Shown here: positions 45,501 through 57,460 of the stretch, in pieces | Layout of the letters: the number at the start of each line of letters is the position of its first letter | Numbering within the stretch: the stretch's first letter is position 1 | Assembly: GCA_964016885.1 (NCBI GenBank) | Contig: OZ024743.1 | Span: 139,562,001-139,626,000, forward strand | Length of the DNA stretch: 64,000 nt | DNA from: Eledone cirrhosa | Taxonomy: Eukaryota | Reading direction: 5' to 3' | Position numbers and translations under genes: made by a program | Notes under the pieces: model-generated | The model's input: only the letters and a program-made list of their open reading frames with translations | The model's database searches: none | Told to the model about the DNA's origin: nothing

Positions 45501-47585
45501 TTAGTGTTTGGTGCTTGGTGCTTAGTGTTTGGTGTTTGGTGCTTGGTGCTTGGTGTTTGGTGCTTACTGTTTGGTGCTTGGTGCTTGGTGTTTGGTGTTT
45601 GCTGTTTGCTGTTTGGTGTTTGTTGTTTGGTGTTTGTTGTTTGGTGTTTGCTGTTTGGTGTTTGGTGTTTGCTTTTTGGTGTTTGGTGTTTGCTGTATGT
45701 TGTTTGCTGTTTGGTGTTTGGTGCTTGGTGTTTGGTGCTTGTTGCTTGGTGTTTGGTGCTTGGTGCTTGGTGTTTGGTGCCTGGTGCTTGGTGCTTGGTG
45801 CTTGGTGTTTGGTGTTTGGTGCTTGGTGCTTGGAGTTTGGTGTTTGGTGCTTGGTGTTTCGTGTTTCGTGTTTGGTTTTTGGTGCTTGGTGCTTGGTCCT
45901 TGGTGTTTGGTGCTGGGTGCTTGGTGCTTGGTGTTTGGTGTTTGCTGCTTGGTGTTTGATGATTGGTGCTTGGTGCTTGGTGTTTTGTGTTTGGTGCTTG
46001 GTGCTTGGTGTTTGGTGCTTGGTGCTTGGTGCTTGGTCTTTGTACTTGGTGCTTGGTGATTGGTGTTTGGTTCTTGGTTCTTGGTGTTTGGTGTTTGGCG
46101 TTTGGTGTTTGGTGCTTGGTGCTTGGTGTTTGGTGCTTGGTGCTTGGTGTTTGGTGCCTGGTGCTTGGTGCTTGGTGCTTGGTGTTTGGTGTTTGGTGCT
46201 TGGTGCTTGGTGCTTGGAGTTTGGTGTTTGGTGCTTGGTGCTTTGTGTTTTGTGTTTGGTGTTTGGTATTTGGTGCTTGGTGCTTGGTCCTTGGTGTTTG
46301 GTGCTGGGTGCTTTGTGTTTGGTGCTTGGTGCTTGGTGTTTGGTGTTTGCTGCTTGGTGTTTGATGCTTGGTGCTTGGTGCTTGGTGTTTTGTGTTTGGT
46401 GCTTGGTTCTTGGTGTTTGGTGCTTGGTGCTTGGTACTTGGTGTTTGTACTTGGTGCTTGGTGCTTGGTGTTTGGTTCTTGGTGTTTGGTACTTGGTGCT
46501 TGATGTTTGGTGTTTGGTGCTTGGTGTCTGGTGCTTGGTGTTTGGTTTTTGGTGCTTGGTGTTTGGTGTTTGGTGCTTGGTGTTTGGTGTTTGGTGTTTG
46601 GTTCTTGGTGCTTGGTGTTTTGGTGTTTGGTGTTTGGTGCTTGGTGTCTGGTGCTTGGTGTTTGGTGTTTGGTGCTTGGTGTTTGGTGTTTGGTGTTTGG
46701 TGCTTGGTGCTTGGTGCTTGCTGTTTGGTGTTTGGTGCTTGGTGCTTGGTGTTTGGTGCTTGGTGCTGGGTGCTTGGTGTTTGGTGCTGGGTGCTTGGTG
46801 TTTGGTGCTTGGTGCTTGGTCTTTGGTGCTTGGTGTTTGGTGCTTGGTGCTTGGTGCTTGGTGTTTGGTGCTTGGTGCTTGGTGTTTGGTGCTTGGTGCT
46901 TGGTGTTTGGTTTTTGGTGCTTGGTGCTTGGTGTTTGGTGTTTGGTGCTTGCTGCTGGCTGCTTGGTGTTTGATGCATGGTGATTGGTGCTTGGTGTTTG
47001 GTGCTTGGTGTTTGGTGTTTGATGCTTGGTGCTTGGTGCTTGGTGTTTGGTGCTTGGTGCTTGGTGTTTGGTGCTTGGTGTTTGGTGCTTGGTGTTTGGT
47101 GCTTGGTGTTTGGTGCTTGGTGCTTGGTGCTTGGTGCTTGGTGTTTGGTGGTTGGTGCTTGGTGCTTGGTGTTAGGTGTTTGGTGCTTGGTGCTTGGTGT
47201 TTGGTGTTTGGTGCTTGGTGTTTGGTGTTTGGTGCTTGGTGTTTGGTGCTTGGTACTTGGTGCTTGGTACTTGGTGTTAGGTGTTTGGTGCTTGGTGCTT
47301 GGTGTCTGGTTTTTGGTGCTTGGTGCTTGGTGTTTGTTGTTTGGTGCTTGCTGCTGGCTGCTTGGTGTTTGGTGCTTTTTTATTGGTGCTTGGTGTTTGG
47401 TGCTTGGTGTTTGGTGTTTGGTGCTTGGTGATTGGTGCTTGGTGTTTGTTGCTTGGTGTTTGGTGCTTGGTGCTTGGTGTTTGGTGCCTGGTGCTTGGTG
47501 CTTGGTGCTTGGTGTTTGGTGTTTGGTGCTTGGTGCTTGGAGTTTGGTGTTTGGTGCTTGGTGTTTCGTGTTTCGTGTTTGGTTT

Positions 47586-47594
47586 TTGGTCCAA
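47586..47594. other. Satellite polarity-switch (inversion/fusion) junction, TTGG-T-CCAA
   Basis: Line 47581 reads ggtttttggt ccaagcacca. No spacer or foreign sequence lies between the oppositely oriented arrays. Confidence 0.97.
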
Positions 47595-47689
47595 GCACCA
47601 AGCACCAAACACCAAACAGCAAGCACCAAAGACCAAGCACCAAGCACCAAGCACCAAGCACCAAACAATAAGCACCAAGCACCAAGCAC

Positions 47690-50600
47690 CAAACACCAAG
47701 CACCAAGAACCAAACACCAACCACCCAGCACCAAGCACCAAGCACCAAACACCAAGCACCAAACACCAAACACCAAACACCAAGCACCAAGCACCAAGCA
47801 CCAAACACCAAGCACCAAGCACTAAGCACCAAACACCAAGCCCCAATCACCAAGCACCAAACACCAAACGCCAAGCACCAAGCACCTAACACCAAGCACC
47901 AAGCACCAAGCACCTAGCACCAAACACCAAACACCAAGCACCAAGCACCAAACACCAAGCACCAATCACCAAGCACCAAACACCAAGCAGCAAGCAGCAA
48001 GCAACAAACACCAAACACCAAGCACCAAGCACCAAACACCAAGCACCAAGGACCAAACATCAAACACCAAGCACCAAGCACCAAACACCTAACACCAATC
48101 ACCAAGCACCAAGCACCGAACACCAAGCACATAACACCAAGCACCAAACACCAAGCACCAAGCACCAAACACCAAGCACCAAACACCAAGCACCAAGCAC
48201 CAAGCACCAAACACCAAGCACTAGGCACCAAGCACCAAACACCAAACACCATGCACCAAGCACCAAGCCCCAAACACTTAACACCAAGCACCAAGCACCA
48301 AGCACCAAACACCAATCACCAAAAACCAAACACCAAGCACCAAGTACCAAACACCAAGCACCAAGCACCAAACACCAAGCACCAATCACCAAACACCAAG
48401 AACCAAGCACCAAACACCAAGCACCAAGCACCAAGCACCAGGCACCAAGCACCAAGCACCAAACACAAAACACCAAGCACCAAGGACCAAGCAGCAAACA
48501 CCAAGCATCAAACACCAAACACCAAACACCAAGCACCAAGCACCAAGCAGCAAACAGCAAGCATCAAACACCAAACACCAAACACCAAGCACCAAACACC
48601 AAGCACCAAGCACCAAACACCAAACACCAAGCACCAAGCACCAAGCACCAAACACCAAACACCAAGCACCAAACACCAAACACCAAGCACCAAGCACCAA
48701 ACACCAAACAACAAGCACCAGGCACCAAGCAAAAAACACCAAACACCAAGCACGCAGCATCAAACACCAAGCACCAAGCACCAAGCACCAAACACCAAGC
48801 ACCAAGCACCAAGCACCAAGCACCAAGTACCAAACACCAAACACCAAGCACCAAACACCAAACACCAAGCACCAATCACCAAGCACGAAACACCAGGCAC
48901 CAAGCACCAAGCACCAAACACCAAACACCAATCACCAAACACCAGCCACCAAGCACCAAGCACCAAACACCAAACACCAAGCACTAAGCACCAAACACCA
49001 AACAACAAGCACCAGGCACCAAGCACCAAACACCAAACACCAAGCACGCATCACCAAACACCAAGCACCAAGCACCAAGCACCAAAAACCAAGCACCAAG
49101 CACCAAGCACCAAACACCAAACACCAAACACCAAGCACCAAGAACCAAACACCAAACACCAAACAGCAAGCACCAAGCACCAAACACCAAGCACCAAACA
49201 CCAAACCCCAAGCACCAATCACCAAACACTAATCACCAAGCACTAAGCACCAAACACCGAGCACCAAACACCAAGCACCAAGCACCAAACACCAAACCCC
49301 AAGCACCATACACCAAGCACCAAGCACCAAGGAACAAACACCAAGCACCAAGCACAAAGCACCAAACACCAAGCACCAAGCACCAAACACCCAGCACCAA
49401 GCACCAAGCATCAAACACCAAGCACCAAGCACCAAACACCAAACACCAAACACCAAGCACCAAGCACTAAACAGCAAGCACCAAACACCAAACACCAAAC
49501 AGCAAACACCAAACAGCAAACACCAAACACCAAACACCAAACAGCAAATGCCAAACACCAAGCACCAAGCACCAAGCACCAAACACCAAGCACCAAGCAC
49601 CAAGCACAAAACATCAAACACCAAGCACCAAGCACCAAGCACCAAACACCAAGCACCAAACACCAAGCACCAAACACCAAGCACCAAACACCAAACACTA
49701 AACACCAAGCACCAAGCACCAATCACCAAACACCAAGTACCAAGCACCAAACACCAAGCACCAAGCACCAAGCACCAAGCACCAAGCACCAAACACAAAA
49801 CACCAAGCACCAAGCACCAAGCAGCAAACACCAAGCATCAAACACCAAACACCAAACACCAAGCACCAAGCACCAAGCAGCAAACAGCAAGCATCAAACA
49901 CCAAACACCAAACACCAAGCACCAAACACCAAGCACCAAGCACCAAACACCAAACACCAAGCACCAAGCACCAAGCACCAAACACCAAACACCAAGCACC
50001 AAACACCAAACACCAAGCACCAAGCACCAAACACCAAACAACAAGCACCAGGCACCAAACACCAAGCACCAAGCACCAAACACCAAACACCAAGCACCAA
50101 GCACCAAGCACCAAGTACCAAACACCAAGCACCAAACACCAAACACCAAGCACCAATCACCAAGCACGAAACACCAGGCACCAAGCACCAAGCACCAAAC
50201 ACCAAACACCAAGCACCAAACACCAGCCACCAGGCACCAAGCACCAAACACCAAACACCATGCACCAAGCACCAAGCCCCAAACACTTAACACCAAGCAC
50301 CAAGCACCAAGCACCAAACACCAATCACCAAAAACCAAACACCAAGCACCAAGTACCAAACACCAAGCACCAAGCACCAAACACCAAGCACCAAGCACCA
50401 ATCACCAAACACCAAGAACCAAGCACCAAACACCAAGCACCAAGCACCAAGCACCAGGCACCAAGCACCAAGCACCAAACACAAAACACCAAGCACCAAG
50501 GACCAAGCAGCATACACCAAGCATCAAACACCAAACACCAAACACCAAGCACCAAGCACCAAACAGCAAACAGCAAGCATCAAACACCAAACACCAAACA

Positions 50601-53600
50601 CCAAGCACCAAACACCAAGCACCAAGCACCAAACACCAAACACCAAGCACCAAGCACCAAGCACCAAACACCAAACAACCAAGCACCAAACACCAAACAC
50701 CAAGCACCAAGCACCAAACACCAAACAACAAGCACCAGGCACCAAGCAAAAAACACCAAACACCAAGCACGCAGCATCAAACACCAAGCACCAAGCACCA
50801 AGCATCAAACACCAAGCACCAAGCACCAAGCACCAAGTACCAAACACCAAACACCAAGCACCAAACACCAAACACCAAGCACCATTCACCAAGCACGAAA
50901 CACCAGGCACCAAGCACCAAGCACCAAACACCAAACACCAAGCACCAAACACCAGCCACCAAGCACCAAGCACCAAACACCAAGCACCAAGAACCAAACA
51001 CCAAACACCAAACAGCAAGCACCAAGCACCAAACACCAAGCACCAATCACCAAACACCAAGCACCAAGCACCAAACACCAAGCACGAAACACCAGGCACC
51101 AAGCACCAAGCACCAAACACCAAACACCAAGCACCAAACACCAGCCACCAAGCACCAAGCACCAAACACCAAACACCAAGCACCAAGCACCAAGCACCAA
51201 ACACCAAACACCAAGCACCAAACACCAAACACCAAGCACCAAGCACCAAACACCAAACACCAAGCACCAAACACCAAACACCAAACACCAAGCACCAAGA
51301 ACCAACAGCAAACACCAAACAGCAAGCACCAAGCACCAAACACCAAGCACCAATCCCCAAACACCAAGCACCAAGCACCAAACACCAAACACCAGGCACA
51401 AAGCACCAAACACCAAGCACCAAGCACCAAACACCAAGCACCAAACACAAAGCACCAAGCACCAAACACCAAACCCCAAGCACCAAACACCAAACCTCAA
51501 GCACCAAGCACAAAACACTAATCACCAAGCACCAAGCACCAAACAACAAGCACCAAGCACCAGGCACCAAGCACCAAGCACCAAACACTAATCACCAAGC
51601 ACCAAGCACCAAGCACCAAACACCAAGCACCAAGCACCATGCACCAAACACCAAGCACCAAGCACCAAGCACCAAGCACCAAACACCAACCACCCAGCAC
51701 CAAGCACCAAGCACCAAACACCAAGCACCAAACACCAAACACCAAACACCAAGCACCAAGCACCAAGCACCAAACACCAAGCACCAAGCACTAAGCACCA
51801 AACACCAAGCCCCAATCACCAAGCACCAAACACCAAACACCAAGCACCAAGCACCTAACACCAAGCACCAAGCACCAAGCACCTAGCACCAAACACCAAA
51901 CACCAAGCACCAAGCACCAAACACCAAGCACCAATCACCAAGCACCAAACACCAAGCAGCAAGCAGCAAGCAACAAACACCAAACACCAAGCACCAAGCA
52001 CCAAACACCAAGCACCAAGGACCAAACATCAAACACCAAGCACCAAGCACCAAACACCTAACACCAATCACCAAGCACCAAGCACCGAACACCAAGCACA
52101 TAACACCAAGCACCAAACACCAAGCACCAAGCACCAAGCACCAAACACCAAGCACCAGGCACCAAGCACCAAACACCAAACACCATGCACCAAGCACCAA
52201 GCCCCAAACACTTAACACCAAGCACCAAGCACCAACGACCAAACACCAATCACCAAAAACCAAACACCAAGCACCAAGTACCAAACACCAAGCACCAAGC
52301 ACCAAACACCAAGCACCAAGCACCAATCACCAAACACCAAGAACCAAGCACCAAACACCAGGCACCAAGCACCAGGCACTAAACACAAAACACCAAGCAC
52401 CAAGGACCAAGCAGCAAACACCAAGCATCAAACACCAAACACCAAACACCAAGCACCAAGCACCAAGCAGCAAACAGTAAGCATCAAACACCAAACACCA
52501 AACACCAAGCACCAAACACCAAGCACCAAGCACCAAACACCAAACACCAAGCACCAAGCACCAAGCACCAAACACCAAACACCAAGCACCAAACACCAGC
52601 CACCAAGCACCAAGCACCAAACACCAAACACCAAGCACTAAGCACCAAACACCAAACAACAAGCACCAGGCACCAAGCACCAAACACCAAACACCAAGCA
52701 CGCATCACCAAACACCAAGCACCAAGCACCAAGCACCAAAAACCAAGCACCAAGCACCAAGCACCAAACACCAAACACCAAACACCAAGCACCAAGAACC
52801 AAACACCAAACACCAAACAGCAAGCACCAAGCACCAAACACCAAGCACCAAACACCAAACCCCAAGCACCAATCACCAAACACTAATCACCAAGCACCAA
52901 GCACCAAACACCGAGCACCAAACACCAAGCACCAAGCACCAAACACCAAACCCCAATCACCATAGACCAAGCACCAAGCACCAAGGAACAAACACCAAGC
53001 ACCAAGCACCAAGCACCAAACACCAAGCACCAAGCACCAAACACCCAGCACCAAGCACCAAGCATCAAACACCAAGCACCAAGCACCAAACACCAAACAC
53101 CAAACACCAAGCACCAAGCACTAAACAGCAAGCACCAAACACCAAACACCAAACAGCAAACACCAAACAGCAAACACCAAACAGCAAACACCAAACACCA
53201 AACACCAAACAGCAAATGCCAAACACCAAGCACCAAGCACCAAGCACCAAACACCAAGCACCAAGCACCAAGCACAAAACATCAAACACCAAGCACCAAG
53301 CACCAAGCACCAAACACCAAGCACCAAACACCAAGCACCAAGCACCAAACACAAAACACCAAGCACCAAGCACCAAACACAAAACACCAAGCACCAAGCA
53401 CCAAGCAGCAAACACCAAGCATCAAACACCAAACACCAAACACCAAGCACCAAGCACCAAGCAGCAAACAGCAAGCATCAAACACCAAACACCAAACACC
53501 AAGCACCAAACACCAAGCACCAAGCACCAAACACCAAACACCAAGCACCAAGCACCAAGCACCAAACACCAAACACCAAGCACCAAACACCAAACACCAA
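47690..53600 (-). repeat. Right-arm higher-order duplication, offset 3969 bp shrinking to ~3650 bp (boundaries approximate)
   Basis: Marker gcacataacacc at 48131/52100. ORF ends 47914/51883; ORFs 48984/52638 and 49233/52887 (3654). caaatgcc lies near 49548/53216. Confidence 0.78.
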
Positions 53601-54109
53601 GCACCAAGCACCAAACACCAAACAACAAGCACCAGGCACCAAGCAAAAAACACCAAACACCAAGCACGCAGCATCAAACACCAAGCACCAAGCACCAAGC
53701 ACCAAACACCAAGCACCAAGCACCAAGCACCAAGTACCAAACACCAAGCACCAAACACCAAACACCAAGCACCAATCACCAAGCACGAAACACCAGGCAC
53801 CAAGCACCAAGCACCAAACACCAAACACCAAGCACCAAACACCAAACACCAAGCACCAATCACCAAGCACGAAACACCAGACACAAAGCACCAAGCACCA
53901 AACACCAAACACCAAGCACCAAACACCAGCCACCAAGCACCAAGCACCAAACACCAAACACCAAGCACTAAGCACCAAACACCAAACAACAAGCACCAGA
54001 CACCAAGCACCAAACACCAAATACCAAGCACGCATCACCAAACACCAAGCACCAAGCACCAAGCACCAAAAACCAAGCACCAAGCACCAAGCACCAAACA
54101 CCAGACACC

Positions 54110-57100
54110 AAACACCAAGCACCAAGAACCAAACACCAAACACCAAACAGCAAGCACCTAGCACCAAACACCAAGCACCAAACACCAAACCCCAAGCACC
54201 AATCACCAAACACTAATCACCAAGCACCAAGCACCAAACACCAAGCACCAAGCACCAAACACCAAACCCCAAGCACCATAGACCAAGCACCAAGCACCAA
54301 GGAACAAACACCAAGCACCAAGCACCAAGCACCAAACACCAAGCACCAAGCACCAAACACCCAGCACCAAGCACCAAGCGTCAAACACCAAGCACCAAGC
54401 ACCAAACACCAAACACCAAACACCAAGCACCAAGCACTAAACAGCAAGCACCAAACACCAAACACCAAACAGCAAACACCAAACAGCAAACACCAAACAC
54501 CAAACAGAAAACAGCAAACGCCAAACACCAAGCACCAAGCACCAAGCACCAAACACCAAGCACCAAGCACCAAGCACAAAACACCAAACACCAAGCACCA
54601 AGCACCAAGCACCAAGCACCAAACACCAAGCACCAAACACCAAGCACCAAACACCAAGCACCAAACACCAAACACTAAACACCAAGCACCAAGCACCAAA
54701 CACCAAGCACCAAACACCAAGCACCAAACACCAAGTCCCACGCACCAAGCAATAAAACACCAAGCACCAAGCCCCAAACACCAAACACCAAGCACCAAGC
54801 ACCAAGCCCCTAGCACCAAACACCAAACACCAAGCACCAAGCACAAAACACCAAGCACCAATCACCAAGCACCAAACACCAAGCAGCAAGCAGCAACCAC
54901 CAAACACCAAACACCAAGCACCAAGCACCAAATACCAAACACCAAGCACCAAGCACCAAGCACCAAACACCAAGCACCAATCACCAAACACCAAGCACCA
55001 AGCACCAAACACCAAGCACCAGGCACCAAGCACCAAACACCAAGCACCAAGCACCAAACACCAAGCACCAAGACCGAAGCACCAAACACCAAGCACCAAG
55101 CACAAAGCACCAAGCACCAAGCACCAAAAACCAAACACCAAGCACCAAGTACCAAACACCAAGCACCAAGCACCAAACACCAAGCACCAAGAACCAATCA
55201 CCAAACACCAAGAACCAAGCACCAAACACCAAGCACCAAGCACCAAGCACCAGGCACCAAGCACCAAGCACCAAACACAAAACACCAAGCACCAAGCACC
55301 AAGCAGCAGACACCAAGCATCAAACACCAAACACCAAACACCAAGCACCAAACACCAAGCACTAAGCACCAAACACCAAACACCAAGCACCAAGCACCAA
55401 GCACCAAACACCAAACACCAAGCACCAAACACCAGATACCAAGCACCAAGCACCAAACACCAAACTCCAAGCACCAAGCACCAAACACCAAACAACAAGC
55501 ACCAGGCACCAAGCACCAAACACCAAACACCAAGCACCAAGCACCAAACACCAAACACCAAGCACGCAGCATCAAACACCAAGCACCAAGCACCAAGCAC
55601 CAAACACCAAGCACCAAGCACCAAACACCAACCACCAAACACAAAGCACCAAGCACCAAACACCAAGCACCAAGCACCAAACACCAAGCACCAAGCACCA
55701 AACACCAAACCCCAAGCACCAAGCACCAAACACTAATCACCAAGCACCAAGCACCAAGCACCAAACACCAAGCACCAAGCACCAAGCACCAAACACCAAG
55801 CACCAAACACCAAACACCAAACACCAAGCACCAAGAACCAAACACCAAACACCAAACAGCAAGCACCAAGCACCAAACACCAAGCACCAAACACCAAACC
55901 CCAAGCACCAATCACCAAACACTAATCACCAAGCACCAAGCACCAAACACCAAGCACCAAGCACCAAACACCAAACCCCAAGCACCATAGACCAAGCACC
56001 AAGCACCAAGGAACAAACACCAAGCACCAAGCACCAAGCACCAAACACCAAGCACCAAGCACCAAACACCCAGCACCAAGCACCAAGCATCAAACACCAA
56101 GCACCAAGCACCAAACACCAAACACCAAACACCAAGCACCAAGCACTAAACAGCAAGCACCAAACACCAAACACCAAACAGCAAACACCAAACAGCAAAC
56201 ACCAAACACCAAACAGAAAACAGCAAACGCCAAACACCAAGCACCAAGCTCCAAGCACCAAACACCAAGCACCAAGCACCAAGCACAAAACACCAAACAC
56301 CAAGCACCAAGCACCAAGCACCAAGCACCAAACACCAAGCACCAAACACCAAGCACCAAACACCAAGCACCAAACACCAAACACTAAACACCAAGCACCA
56401 AGCACCAGACACCAAGCACCAAACACCAAGCACCAAACACCAAGTCCCACGCACCAAGCAATAAAACACCAAGCACCAAGCCCCAAACACCAAACACCAA
56501 GCACCAAGCACCAAGCCCCTAGCACCAAACACCAAACACCAAGCACCAAGCACAAAACACCAAGCACCAATCACCAAGCACCAAACACCAAGCAGCAAGC
56601 AGCAACCACCAAACACCAAACACCAAGCACCAAGCACCAAATACCAAACACCAAGCACCAAGCACCAAGCACCAAACACCAAGCACCAATCACCAAACAC
56701 CAAGCACCAAGCACCAAACACCAAGCACCAGGCACCAAGCACCAAACACCAAGCACCAAGCACCAAACACCAAGCACCAAGACCGAAGCACCAAACACCA
56801 AGCACCAAGCACAAAGCACCAAGCACCAAGCACCAAAAACCAAACACCAAGCACCAAGTACCAAACACCAAGCACCAAGCACCAAACACCAAGCACCAAG
56901 AACCAATCACCAAACACCAAGAACCAAGCACCAAACACCAAGCACCAAGCACCTAGCACCAGGCACCAAGCACCAAGCACCAAACACCAAACACCAAGCA
57001 CCAAACACCAAGCACTAAGCACCAAACACCAAACACCAAGCACCAAGCACCAAGCACCAAACACCAAACACCAAGCACCAAACACCAGATACCAAGCACC

Positions 57101-57460
57101 AAGCACCAAACACCAAACTCCAAGCACCAAGCACCAAACACCAAACAACAAGCACCAGGCAACAAGCACCAAACACCAAACACCAAGCACCAAGCACCAA
57201 ACACCAAACACCAAGCACGCAGCATCAAACACCAAGCACCAAGCACCAAGCACCAAACACCAAGCACCAAGCACCAAACACCAACCACCAAACACAAAGC
57301 ACCAAGCACCAAACACCAAGCACCAAGCACTAAACACCAAGCACCAAGCACCAAACACCAAACCCCAAGCACCAAGCACCAAACACTAATCACCAAGCAC
57401 CAAGCACCAAGCACCAAACACCAAGCACCAAGCACCAAGCACCAAACACCAAGCACCAAG
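54110..57460 (-). repeat. Right-arm tandem higher-order repeat, period 1709 bp (boundaries approximate)
   Basis: ORFs 54203/55912, 54217/55926, 54381/56090 and 54862/56571. Private marker gtcccacgcaccaagcaataaaac at 54735/56444. Confidence 0.88.

Larger units (their letters stand above)
1..47590 (+). repeat. Heptamer satellite array (TTGGTGY)n, G/T-rich strand on +; runs off the 5' edge of the window
   Basis: Uninterrupted tandem TTGGTGC/TTGGTGT monomers with scattered point variants (TAGGTGT, TTGATGC, TTGGTGA, TTGGTAC, TGGGTGC, TTGCTGT, 6-bp TTGTAC). The + strand has very few A residues. Confidence 0.99.

Noticed and set aside
1-47590. Canonical G-quadruplex array
   Set aside because: Only GG doublets separated by 5 nt are present, and GGG/GGGG runs are sparse. 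At most weak two-tetrad structures are possible, which cannot be supported from sequence alone.
47000-48200. Fold-back (palindromic) chimeric read or MDA artefact at the strand switch
   Set aside because: The sequence after the junction is not the reverse complement of the sequence before it, and the arms have distinct variants. An assembly misjoin between two arrays cannot be excluded without reads.
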